The notes beneath the pieces are model-generated. The model saw nothing but the letters and a program-made list of their open reading frames with translations. It was not told where the DNA came from and ran no database searches. Made by a program: the position numbers and the translations under genes. A stretch of 63,870 nucleotides of DNA, counting the filler, from Octopus bimaculoides (taxonomy: Eukaryota), in the NCBI RefSeq assembly GCF_001194135.2. It is 5 parts of 5 records of this genome, joined end to end, with 100 filler letters (N's around TTAATTAATTAA, not from the genome) between each part and the next. Parts side by side here need not be neighbours in the genome. Positions count along the whole stretch, not along the records: positions 23,690 to 49,495 come from NC_069005.1; 4 more parts are not named here. One strand, 5' to 3'. Position 1 is the stretch's first letter. Each line of letters starts with the position of its first letter. Positions 26,069 through 37,560 of the stretch are shown piece by piece.

Positions 26069-26639
26069 TAAATAAAAATAACACATTCACACACGCATAC
26101 ATTCCAACACAGTCATACACACAGAAGTATGTAATCATGCATATTCAAACTTTACACACACACTCACACACATACACACACATCTGTATATTGATTGAGT
26201 GCTAAGAAGAGAGTGCACATGTGGGTGGAGTAGGAGTGGGAGGGGAGGAGGAAAGGAAGGAGATGCGAAGAGATTAAGTTCATTAATGATGCGTACAAGA
26301 TTGGGGGCGTGGCCAAGTTCTCTACGTCACCACTTACCGTAAGCGGCGGCGTCAAGCTTAACAAGAAAGACAACAACAGTCAGTCAATTGATGTATTCAT
26401 CTTACGGGGTTAACCTATTGTTATAACGTGTCACAAACAACAGATAGAAATATTATGTGGAAGGGAAGGAGTGTGAGGAGGAGGAGGAGGGAGAGGAAGG
26501 GGTGAAGTAGTAGTCATGTTGGTGATGTAATTATTAGCTGCTTATAATCAACAACCCCCCCCCGNNNNNNNNNNCTGTGTACCTGAGACTTAGATACACA
26601 CACACACACACACACATATGTATCTATATATCTTTAATC

Positions 26640-27285
26640 TTTTACTTGTTTCAGCCAGTAGACCGTGGCCATGTTGGGACACCGCTTTGAAGAATTTCGT
26701 TGTCGAATGTATGGCCCCCTTCAGTACTTATTTGTTTTTTAAAACCAGGTACTTATTCTATCGATCTTTTTTTCGCCAAACTGTTAGATTACAGGGACGT
26801 AAATATACCAACATGGTGGTGGTGGTGACACACACACGCACATACACACACATTTACAAAGGCACACACTCACACACACACATTTACAGACACACACGTA
26901 CATAAACACGAGGGGGTATTGAAAAGTTCTTGGCTTTAAGGGTATCGCAAAAGTCCTGGATGGAGGCCCAACCGTATGAGTTATTTTACAGGGCTTAGAA
27001 AAACTGAAGGGCCACTGCAATAAGTGTGTGAATCTGATATGAGAATATATTGCATAAAACCACAATTAACTGATCTTCCTGCATTTTCTTTAGTTCAAAG
27101 CCAGGAACTTTTCAGCTCCACCTTGTACATATACATGACTGGCTTCTTTCAATTTCCGTCTACCAAATACACTCACAAGGCTTTGGTCGACCCGAGGCTA
27201 TAGTAGAAGACACTTGCCCAAGGTGCCATGCAGTGGGACTGAACCCGGAACCATGTGGTTCGTAAGCAAGCTACTTACCACAGCC
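26640..27285 (-). mobile_element. SINE family A, full length, interrupted by a mariner MITE
   Basis: Both SINE halves flank 26908-27125. Confidence 0.88.
26908..27125 (+). mobile_element. Internally deleted mariner element (MITE)
   Basis: Imperfect 30-bp TIRs acgagggggtattgaaaagttcttggcttt / aaagccaggaacttttcagctccaccttg, then TA; retains a transposase C-terminal remnant HCNKCVNL..EYIA*. Confidence 0.8.
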
Positions 27286-27289
27286 AAAG

Positions 27290-27445
27290 CAATTGAGTTC
27301 AAATTCTGCTGAGATTGACTCAGCCTTTTATCCTTTTGGGGTTGATAAAATAAGTACCAGTTGAGTCCTGGGGGGCGGGGGAGAGGGTTGATCTAATCAA
27401 CTTACCCCCCCCCCCAAAAAAAAATTTCTGGCCTTGTGCTAAAAC
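27290..27445 (+). mobile_element. SINE family B, 3' part
   Basis: gagttcaaattctgctgag..tttatccttttggggttgataaaataagtaccag..ggccttgtgc. Confidence 0.8.
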
Positions 27446-27602
27446 TTGAAAGCAATATACAGAAGCAGTAAGATGGAAATAGCATAATATAACATGCAAG
27501 GAAAATGACTAATACAGTTCTATATTTAAGAGATGAGGAATTATGTACATTATTTACATTATTTACATTTAATGGATATTTGTCCTCATTTTGTTTGTTA
27601 TT

Positions 27603-27648
27603 AACACAACGTTTCAGCTGATATACCCTCCAGCCTTCATCAGGTATC
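27603..27648 (-). ncRNA. Minimal type I hammerhead ribozyme, left copy, mutated
   Basis: Minus strand gauac-CUGAUGA-A-GGCUG..CAGCU-GAAA-CGU-U-guguu; C11.1 changed to U and one stem I mismatch. Confidence 0.75.
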
Positions 27649-27706
27649 TTGGGGAAATTTCGAACCTGGGTTCTCATTCCTAAGGTATTTTTCGATGTTT
27701 CCCCAA

Positions 27707-27752
27707 GACACCTGATGAAGGCTGGAGGGTATATCAGCCGAAACGTTGTGTT
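27707..27752 (+). ncRNA. Minimal type I hammerhead ribozyme, right copy, canonical
   Basis: gacac-CUGAUGA-A-GGCUG(gagggtatat)CAGCC-GAAA-CGU-U-guguu: 5-bp stem I, 5-6 bp stem II, palindromic ACGU stem III, GUU cleavage triplet. Confidence 0.88.
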
Positions 27753-27954
27753 AACAACAAACAAGATGAGGACAAATATCCGTCAAATGTAAATAATGTA
27801 AATAAGGAAAATGACTGAAGTTTAACACTTGAGCTAGTTTTAACATAACGAGCAAATTTACAAGTGCTGTGTTATTACCATACCATTGTCGTTATCACCA
27901 TATATCTCTCAACACTCCCTCTCTCAGTTGAGAGGTCTTTGTCTTGTGTGTCTG

Positions 27955-29615
27955 TGCTTGTGGGTGCTGGTGCTATTCAAAAGGCATCCATTTTGGTGTC
28001 GCATAAAAAAGGCACCTGTGACAGTGCCACATGGAGATGGAAAACTGTTCTGGTGCCACATAAAAAAAGCACCTGCACTGGTGCCATGGAAAAAGCACTC
28101 ATGCTGGTACCACATAAAAAAACACCCATGCTGGTGCCATGGAAAAAGTACCCATGTAAGTGACAATTATCAGATCATTAAGAATGAAATGTCCGATTTT
28201 GAGCTGAAAGTTTATTTTACTTTATCTCAACAAAAAGCAATGCAGTTAATCAAAGAATGCACCTAAATTATCAACTCAGTTTTGCCATTTTATTGGTAGC
28301 TTATTTATGCCAGTAGTGAGGAATTCTGGAGAACAAGAGGTGATAAAATCACGAAAGGCTGTTTTTGCATTTTCCTTGCAAAAGTTGTCTAATGTTTGGA
28401 AAATATGATCGTCAGTTGGTGCAAGGTCTGATGAATATGGGGGATGACAGAGTATTTCCATGTTCAGTTCCTGTAACTTGAGTAGCGTTCTTTGTGCAAC
28501 ATGTAGTTGAGCATTGTCTTGCAAGAGAATTGGCCTGTCTCCATTGACCAATCTCAGTTATTTAATTGCAAGTTCACTCATCATTTCATCCTGTTGGTTG
28601 ACGTATACACCCACTGTAATTGACTTACCAGGTCTCATGAAGCTGTAGTGGATGACATCAATGCTGGACCACTAGCTTTTCTTTGGTGAATATTCTTTTT
28701 GGGATTGTGTTTTGGAACTTTGTCTCTATCCAACCACCATGCAGAATGCTAGCTATTGCTGAACCAATAGCAATGCTATCCAACCAATAGCAATGCTAGC
28801 TATTGTTGAAAAGAATCCATTTTTCATCACACATAACAATACAATGCAAAAATAGTTTGCTTTTATGCTGTGACAGCAAGTTTCAAAATGATGTCATTTG
28901 ATGTTCATTCAGTTTGAGTGGTATCCACTTGTCCAGCTTCTTTACCTTGCCAGTTTGTTTCAGATGATCCAATACAGTTGGAATGGAAACATCAAACATT
29001 GCTGCTAACTCACATGTAGTTTGAGATGTATCTGTTTCCACTATAATTTCCAACTCATCATTATCCACCTTGGTCTCAAATCTACTATGGAGTTGATTTT
29101 CAAGAGTAAAGTCACCAGACCAGAACTTCTGAAACCATCGACATACAGTGCACTCATTCGCTACATCTTCACCAAACACCTCATTGATGTTTCGAGCTGT
29201 CTGGGATGCATTGGTTCCATGATGGAACTCATATTCATAAACCATGAATTTTTTATCTTTCCATGGGTTCACAAAAATTGATTTACAAGAGAAAACTCAC
29301 AATATAATCAGACACCATGAATTGCATTTCAAAAAGTGATAATGTACTTCTTCAATGTTGTAAAACAAAGAATTGTCAGGATAAGAGTTAATGACTGTCA
29401 AACTTGGTTGATAAGAAAATCGGACATTTCATTCTTAATGACCTGATAAAAAAAAAAGCACCCAGAACACTCTGTAAAGTGGTTGGAATTATGAAGGGCA
29501 TCCAGCCATAGAAACGAAGCTAAAACAGATATTTGGAGCTGGGACAGCTGTCTAGCTGTCTAGCTCCTGTCAAACCGTTCAGTCCATGCCAGCATGGAAA
29601 ATGGACGGTAAATGA
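27955..29615 (+). mobile_element. RTE-type LINE 3' UTR and tail, split by the mariner insertion
   Basis: Tandem ggtgcc..aaaaagcacc units at 27955-28160; resumes at 29449 with agggcatccagccatagaaa..catgccagcatggaaaatggacggtaaatgatgatg, homologous to 34290-34505. Confidence 0.8.
28170..29446 (-). mobile_element. Full-length mariner transposon with decayed transposase
   Basis: 31-bp TIRs (28170-28200 and 29416-29446, 1 mismatch) and TA on both sides. ORFs show the HTH (EFHHGTNASQTARNI..WFQKF), WIP, ILLQDNA and HPPYSSDLAPTD motifs, with frameshifts. Confidence 0.97.
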
Positions 29616-29905
29616 TGATGATGATGGTTATGATGGTTATGATGGTTATGATGATGGTGATGCTGATAATGGTGGTGGTGGATATGATGAAGTTGATAAT
29701 AATGATGGTAATGATGATGATTATGTTGATGAAGATGTTGATGATGATGATGATGGTAGTGGTAGTGGAGACGATGATAATGATAATGATGATGGTGATA
29801 ATGGTGATCATGTGGTGGTGACGATCATGATGATAATGGTCAGTATGGTAGGAATGGCAGGGGGCGCGAGGATGGTGGGGTTGGTGGTGGTGGTGATGAT
29901 GATGG

Positions 29906-29937
<32 letters not shown>

Positions 29938-30058
29938 GTGGTGGTGATGATGATGGCGGTGATGGTGGTGGTGATAGTGGTGGTGTTGACGACAGCAACA
30001 ACTGCAGCAACAGTAGCGAAGGTGGTGACAAAAAAGGTGGTGGTGGCAGCGGTGGTGG

Positions 30059-30100
<42 letters not shown>

Positions 30101-31085
30101 CAGTAGTAGTGATGGTGGTGGTTGTGGCTGTGGTAGTGGTGGTAGTGGTTGTGGCTGTGGCAGTGGTGGTTGTCGTGGTGGCGGTGATGATGATGATGAT
30201 GATGATGGTGATGATGATGGTAGTGGTGGTGATAATGATGATGACAGTAATAGTGATGGTAGTAGTTGTGGCAGTGGTAGTGGTGGTGGTGGTTGTGGGT
30301 GTGGCAGTGGTAGTGTTGGTGGTTGTGGTTGTGGTGGTAGTTGTGGTGGTGGTGGTGATGAAGCTCTATGAGTTAGTCCTTCCATGTGGATGCAGCATGG
30401 AGGTAAGAAACGTTGCCACACAACCTTGGTGCTAATGTTGTTTCTACTACTACCGCTACTACTACTGCTGCTGCTGCTGCTGCTATTATTGTTGTGAATA
30501 CTACTGTGGCTGCTGTTGATGCTGTTGCTGCTGCAACTGCTGCTGTTGCTGCTACTTCCGTGGTTGCCATTGCTATTAAAACTATTGTTATAGTTAGTGT
30601 TGTGGTGGTAGTATGATGATGATGGTGGTGGTAGTGGATTTTGTCATGTTAGTGGTGGTGGTCATGGTGACGGTGGTGCTGGTGGTGATGATAGCGGTGG
30701 TAGTGATGATGGGTTGGTCATGGTGATGATAGTGGTGGTGATGATGGTGGTGATGGTCGTGGTAGTGATGATGATGATGGTGGTGGTGGTCATGGTGACG
30801 GTGGTGTTGGTGATGATGGTGGTAGTGGTGGTGGTGGTGGTGGTCATGGTGCTGATAGTGGTGGTGATGATTGTTGTGGTGGTGGTGGTGATGGTCGTGG
30901 TAGTGATGATGATGATGGAGGGTGGTGGTCATGGTGATGGTGGTGTTGGTGATGAAAATGGTGGTGGTAGTGGTGGTGGTGGTTGTTGCTGTCGCAGCTA
31001 TTGGTATTCCTGCTGCTGCTGCCAGTGTTGCGGGTGCTGCTTTTCCTGCTTTTGATTCTGTTGTTGTTGTTGTTGTTGTTGTTTG
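29611..31085. repeat. 1.5-kb mosaic triplet repeat (GAT/GGT/GTA/GCT)
   Basis: Begins directly at the LINE tail; explains the poly-M/V/H/P ORFs. Confidence 0.95.
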
Positions 31086-31119
31086 TTGATGTTACAATCA
31101 AAAATAACATGTGAAATTT

Positions 31120-31935
31120 AAAACACACACACACACACACACAGAGTCACAAACATAGACACCAAAACTGCACTCACAAACACACATATACACATACACA
31201 CATGGATACCAACGTAAATATATGCACATAGAAATACACATACAAATACGCACACACACATTCATGCTCATGCACACACACACACACACACATTCATGCT
31301 CATGCACATTTATAAGAACACACACACACACACACACACAATACACACATCCATGCTCATGTACACACACGCACACACATTCATGCTCATATACATACAC
31401 ACACACACATGCTCATGCACACATATACACATTCATAAATACACACACCAACACATGTGTTAGAACACTTACATACACATGCACACATATTAGAGTATAT
31501 GCACACACTAGCATGAATATGTACATATAGAAATACACACACAAATACACACACAAATACACACATAAATCTACTGACGTAAAAATACACGCACAAATAT
31601 ACACATAAACATTCATACACATACATGCACATGTACACACACATACACACACACATTCACACAAGCATATGCACAGAAATGCAAGCACGAATAAATACAC
31701 CTGTAATAACATACGCACACACATGCTCACAAATGCATGTGCACACACATACATGCATACACACACACACACTTATTCATGCACACATTCACACACATTC
31801 ACACAAACACATACATAAAAATGCAAACACAAACACATCTATAAGAACACGCACACACAAATGCACACAAACACACACACACACACATGCGCATGCACGA
31901 ACATACACACAAATGTTCACATACGTACAAACTCA
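31120..31935. repeat. Degenerate (CA)-rich repeat with recurring cacattcatgctcatg units
   Basis: Unit seen about 5 times between 31255 and 31420. Confidence 0.85.
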
Positions 31936-33201
31936 CAAGAAGCTAATGAATGTCACAATCAGCTGTGTGTAGCTTGGTGATGGTGGTGGTGGCGGCAGGA
32001 AAGGTTAGGGGGTAGAGAGGTAAGGAAGAGAAGGAGGAGGAAGGGGAGGAGGAGCAGCAGCAGTTTTGAAGGTATACTAGTGTGTGTGTGTGTGTGTGTG
32101 AATGTTGTTACCGTTACCATTATTGTTATTATCATTTGTCTCATCTTCTTCATCTTCTTCATCTTCTTCATCTTCAGCCTTGTCTTTGATTTCAGATTAA
32201 AGTAAAGCTCTGCGAGAAACAATAAAAAACAAAGACCAAAAAAGGTAAAAATAAATAAATAAATAAATAAAAATAAATAATCGGAAAACAATGCAAAAAT
32301 ATCTTACTTGCACATTTTTCGCAATGTTTGTTACCTTGGTAACAATCCAACTATTTGAGCAACAGGCTGCTGCATTGGAGGATGAAGAAGACAACAGACA
32401 TCTGCCTACTCTCTTTGAATACCAACAATGAGAAAGCCTCTGTGTTGTCTCTCAACTTGCTTGATATAACAGCTAAGTTCCATTCAAATCATACGCAACT
32501 ATCATATGAAAATAAGGACGACATTAAATAATTGACTTCTTAATATATTATGTCTAGAACAAACTCTGCCAAAAGTGAGTAATGGTCACAGTAGAATAAC
32601 TAAATGGGAGGGGGGGGAGTGGTACATCTTACCTTTGTTCACTGCTCACTATATTCACCCCAACATACCTCTAATCTCCATCACTGTCACTGTACATCTC
32701 TCCCTCTCTCACTTCCATACACGCTTTTCCTTTGCTCAACCACTTCACACATCTCTCTATTTCCCATCTTCCAATAGTTTCCTTGTTCTTTTTCTCCTCA
32801 CCTTCCTGCACTGTCACTCATCTTGTCACTTCCACCTTCCAGAGTCATTTCCGTTTCTTTCACTCCCTCCACCCGCCCCCTTCAATTTCATATTTACCAT
32901 CGACCATGCCTCCATCCTCGTTCACCATTCAATGCATTCACCTCTATCTCCTTCTTTAACCATCTGACACTTTCCTTTTACGCACCTGTGAACTTATTTA
33001 CTCACCTTTCTTGATCCACTATCGTTACACTCTCCTCTACACATCCCCTTTTAACTTAAAGGTACGCCCTGACATCTCATTATCACCATCTTTATCCATG
33101 AGCATAATCTATAGGTAGTGCTTAGCTGAGCAAGGGATATAGAGCCAACAGGTGTGATCCAGAGATGCTTGTGCACTCATGGATAAGCAATTCTTGGACA
33201 T

Positions 33202-33369
33202 ATAGGTGTAGGAGTGGCTGTGTGGTAAGTAGCTTGCTTACCAACCACATGGTTCCGAGTTCAGTCCCATTGTGTGGCACCTTGAGCAAGTGTCTTTTAC
33301 TATAGCCTCGGGCTGACCAAAGCCTTGTGAGTGGATTTGGTAGACGGAAACTGAAAGAAGCACATCATA

Positions 33370-33428
<59 letters not shown>

Positions 33429-33658
33429 GTATGTGCGTGTGTATGTTTGTGTGTATGTGTTTGTCCCCCCAACATCGCTTGACAACCGATGCTGGTGTGT
33501 TTATGTCCCCGTAACTTAGTGGTTCAGCAAAACGAGACCGATAGAATAAGTACTAGGCTTCCAAAGAATAAGTCCTGGGGTTGATTTGCTCGACTAAAGG
33601 TGGTGCTCCAGCATGGCCACAGTCAAATGACTGAAACAAGTAAAAAGAAAAAAAAAAG
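33202..33658 (+). mobile_element. SINE family A, full length and ungapped
   Basis: aggtgtaggagtggctgtgtggtaagtagc..(TA)n(TG)n..gtcaaatgactgaaacaagtaaaaag. Confidence 0.95.
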
Positions 33659-34134
33659 ATATCTACAAAGAATACCACAGTTCCACCTAGGGATCTCAAC
33701 ATGGAGCTCTTACTATGGAAAACAAATGACTTTATTAATTCTCTATGTTTTTACGCACTTTTAATATATAAATATATATTTGTACTTGAATATTTGTACT
33801 TGAATATTTGTACTTGAATAGTCATTGTCTGAAAGTTTTCAGTTTTTGCTTTGTCTCCATTTTGTTTATTTGTTTCTCTCTCTCTTTCTCCCCCTCTCTC
33901 TCTCTTTCTCCCCCTCTCTCTCTACCATATTTTAACATGCATAAGGAACCCTTTTCTGTCAAAAATTAGGTTAAAAAAATATGGGAGTTTCTTATGTATG
34001 GATAGTATAATAATCTCTTACAAAACCATTTTTCCAAATTTTAAGCCCCCAAAATTATGGGGCTTCTTATACATGAGGGTTCCTTATACACTTTAAAATA
34101 CAGTATATATTTATGTATATGATTAAGGACTGAA

Positions 34135-34508
34135 GGAGGATGAAGTACTGAAGGACAACCTCAGGACACTGCACCTTTCAGATGAGATGACAAAGGGCTG
34201 AGATGCCTGGTGCCTTAAGACCAGTGCTCCACAGCAAAAGTGTTAAGGCTGCTCCCCCTGGTGAAGAGGATCGACCTGCAAGAGTCCTGTGGTGGTGCCA
34301 TGTAAAAAGCGCTCACATCAGTGCCGCATAAAAGTGCTTGTGCAATGCCACACTCTATAAAGTGATTGGCTTTAGGAAGGGCATCCAGCCATAGAAACCA
34401 TGCCAAATCAGACTGGAGCCTGGTGCAGTTCTTCAGCTTGCCAGCTCTGGTCAAACCATCCAACCCATGCCAGCATGGACAACAGACTTTAAATGATATG
34501 ATGATAAT
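34135..34508 (+). mobile_element. RTE-type LINE 3' end
   Basis: DEVLKDNLRTLHLSDEMTK..W ORF terminus, short ggtgcc repeats, shared tail and ATG repeats. Confidence 0.75.
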
Positions 34509-34759
34509 ATNNNNNNNNNNNNNNNNNNNNNNNNNNNNNNNNNNNNNNNNNNNNNNNNNNNNNNNNNNNNNNNNNNTATATATATGAGGAAAATAAGACA
34601 AGGTAGAAAATACTAAAATAATTTTACCATGAAGAATATTTTAGTACCGGTTTCAGTCTTTGTGACCCTGACTATGATTTCACTTGGCTTGACATGTCTT
34701 CTCAAACACAGCAAAACAGTGGAGCTTGAAGTAGATAAAGCTATAAATAATTCGTTCTA

Positions 34760-34963
34760 GTTTGGGCTCAAGGCCAACAATTTTAGGGGAGAGGTTATAG
34801 TTGATAACATCAACCCCAATGTGCAGTCAGCATTTATTTCATGAACCCCATAAAGATAAATGGCAAAACTTTGATGGGATTTGAACTCAGAGCATAAAGC
34901 CTGGAAGAAATGCTGCTTAGTATTTATCCAGGGTGTTAATGATTCTGCAAGTTCACCATTTTA
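34760..34963 (-). mobile_element. SINE family B, diverged
   Basis: atttgaactcagagcataaag..gaaatgctgcttag..atgattctgcaagttcacc. Confidence 0.75.
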
Positions 34964-35584
34964 ATAAAGCTATCGACAATGACATGTAAATATAAGGTTA
35001 AAAATCTCTTTTGGATGGAATACGACAAAGGCTAGCCTTAGGATTCAAACAGTTTTCTGATGTTCTATTTTAGAAACTTTGTTATTACCAGTGAGAATTT
35101 TATGTTGCTTATGATGTGTACATACATTATACACACACCTGGAATCATCTGAATATGTATATATGTATGCATAAGTATATCCATGAAATAGTCTGGATTG
35201 TTAAAAACATATTTTTGTCATATTAATTATAACTTTATCCATTGACTTGCTTTTTACAGTTGTTTTTTTTCTGTGTTTTTCTATTTGTACATTTCCATGT
35301 ATTATCTGTGTTTGCCAAGCATATATATTTTTATATTACTGTATGTACATGAGTATGTAACTCTATATGTGTGTGTATGTGTATGTGTGTGTGTGTATGG
35401 TTTTCTTTGAGATTCATTCAAGTTCTTCTTCATGGACTTCAAGCCAGTCGCTGACAAACTGACAAGTTCTCAGGGTTTGTCAATATGCGTTGAGTTAGCG
35501 AGTGCATATATGTAGGTGTTTGTAATTGCACTTATGTTCTATATGAAGACATTTCTTTAGTACTTTAGTGTTTGTTTGTCTTTA

Positions 35585-35641
<57 letters not shown>

Positions 35642-35841
35642 TTACTTTTTACATGTGTCTCTTAGTATATATACACAACTGTGTGCATATATTCACTCAA
35701 AAAAATCTCAGATGGAGAATCTTTGGAATGTATTACAATTTTTTACTGTACTGCTAACAGACTGGGTTTGAAGGATGTATATTAATTTCTTTTGCTCTTT
35801 CTATGTATGTATGTATGTATATATGAATGTATGTATGTGTG

Positions 35842-35875
<34 letters not shown>

Positions 35876-36109
35876 TATATGTATGTATATATGTATGTAT
35901 GTATATATGTATTTATGTATATACATACATATGCATGTATGTATATAAGTATGTATGTACGTACGTACGTATGTATGTATGTGTATATGTATGTATATAT
36001 GTATGTATGTATATATGTATTTNNNNNNNNNNGGTTTGAAGGATGTATATTAATTTCTTTTGCTCTTTCTATGTATGTATGTATGTATATATGAATGTAT
36101 GTATGTGTG

Positions 36110-36143
<34 letters not shown>

Positions 36144-36164
36144 TATATGTATGTATATGCTGTT

Positions 36165-36587
36165 TATTTTTTACTTGTCTCATTTGACTGTGGTCATGCT
36201 GGGGCACTGCCTTGAAGGATTTTAGTTGAACAAATCGACCTTAGAGCTTTTTAAGCTTAGTACTTACTCTCTCAGTCTCTTTTGCCAAACCTCTAAGTTA
36301 TGGAAACATAAACACACCAACACCAATTTTCAAGTGGTGGCAGGGAACTAACACAGACACAAAAACACACGCATATAGCTATATACATGTACATATATAT
36401 ATATACATACATACATACATACATACATGCACACACACATATTCCAGTTTCTGTTAACCAAATCCAAATACAAAGCTGTGATTAGTCAAGGCTATAGTAG
36501 AAGACACTTGCCCAAAGTTCCACACAATGGGACTGAACCCAGAACCATGTGGTTACGATGCAAGCTTCTTACCACAAGCCACACCTG
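36165..36587 (-). mobile_element. SINE family A
   Basis: acttgtctcatttgactgtggtcatgctgggg..ttaccacaagccac. Confidence 0.88.
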
Positions 36588-36694
36588 CACTTATATATGT
36601 TCTCTTTGTTTATTTTAGAGTTAATTTTTGACTATCCACCTGATTGGTAGTTAGACTGTTAATTACATCTTCTTTTCTTCATCTTCTTTTAAAT

Positions 36695-37058
36695 CAATGA
36701 TTCTCAACCATTTTTTTAATGTATGGAACTGTTTGATTACTATTTTATTCTCGTGGGCTCCCATAGCCATTTGATGTTTAAAAATTAGTTTTATACATAC
36801 TTTCAAAATTCCTGTTTTGTTTTCCACTCCTTCACTTGCATAAGTTTGCAATTACATTCACTGAGAGAACATGCTTCCGTTGCTAGGAACATGTCAAACT
36901 ATGTAAAATGTCAGAGAGAAAAACCTAACTGCTTTTTGCAATAAATACATCTGGAACAAAATTTTTCATGAACCTTAATTTACTATTTTGCTTGTGTGGA
37001 CCTCAAAAATCTTATATGGACCACCAGGGGTCACATGAACCCTGGTTGAGAACCATTT
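36695..37058. mobile_element. hAT-type MITE
   Basis: TIRs caatgattctcaacca / tggttgagaaccattt; 8-bp flanks partly alike. Confidence 0.6.
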
Positions 37059-37084
37059 CTTTAAGCGCTAAGGTCTTGCAGGTT

Positions 37085-37560
37085 TTTATACTCCCAGGTT
37101 TCATGATAGTCTGTAAGGAGTTGCGTTCTCTCCCCAAGATCTCAAGCTCAGCCATGCTTTGCTCCAGAAGGATTGGTATCTATCCTGTTGCTCCAATATT
37201 AACAGGTATGAAGCTGAAAGTGTATCTTGGGTACAGGATTGGCAAACCAACTATCAATGGTCCTAAGATGTCCTCTTTTGCCTGTAATTTTCTAATCACA
37301 TGGTGTCCAAAGGGCAATTGATTTCCATGACAGACTACAACTTTCCCTTGTGGTCCCACACAACAATATCTGGTCAATTGTGCTTTAACTTGCTGGTTGT
37401 TTTAAATTTTAAGTTCCACCAATATTCTTTTGGTTCATTGGTCTCAATACAGTTTGATTTCATTGATTATTATTTTCATTTTTGTTATCCTGTTCCAGAC
37501 TGTTTGGGCCACCGCATCATGCCTCATGGGGAAATAGTATCTGAAAGATATTCTCGCTCA
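37085..37560 (-). mobile_element. Restriction-like endonuclease fragment of an R2/R4-group non-LTR element
   Basis: Manual translation MRHDAVAQTVW, EYWWN..KHN*PDIVVWD..EINCP, LYPRYTFSFIPVNIGATG. Confidence 0.75.

Larger units (their letters stand above)
27511..27803. mobile_element. Foldback hammerhead-bearing retroelement with 13-bp target-site duplication (Penelope pLTR-like)
   Basis: aaggaaaatgact at 27498-27510 and 27804-27816; inverted arms 27550-27657 and 27698-27805 (102/108). Confidence 0.85.

Noticed and set aside
24135-28165. Repeat arrays superficially like CRISPR (24135-24620, 27955-28165)
   Set aside because: Eukaryotic context, no unique spacers and no cas genes; these are LINE-associated tandem repeats.
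35766-36160. Exact duplication of about 125 bp (ggtttgaaggatgtatattaatttc..) on either side of a 10-N gap
   Set aside because: Pattern of unmerged overlapping contig ends; probably an assembly artefact.
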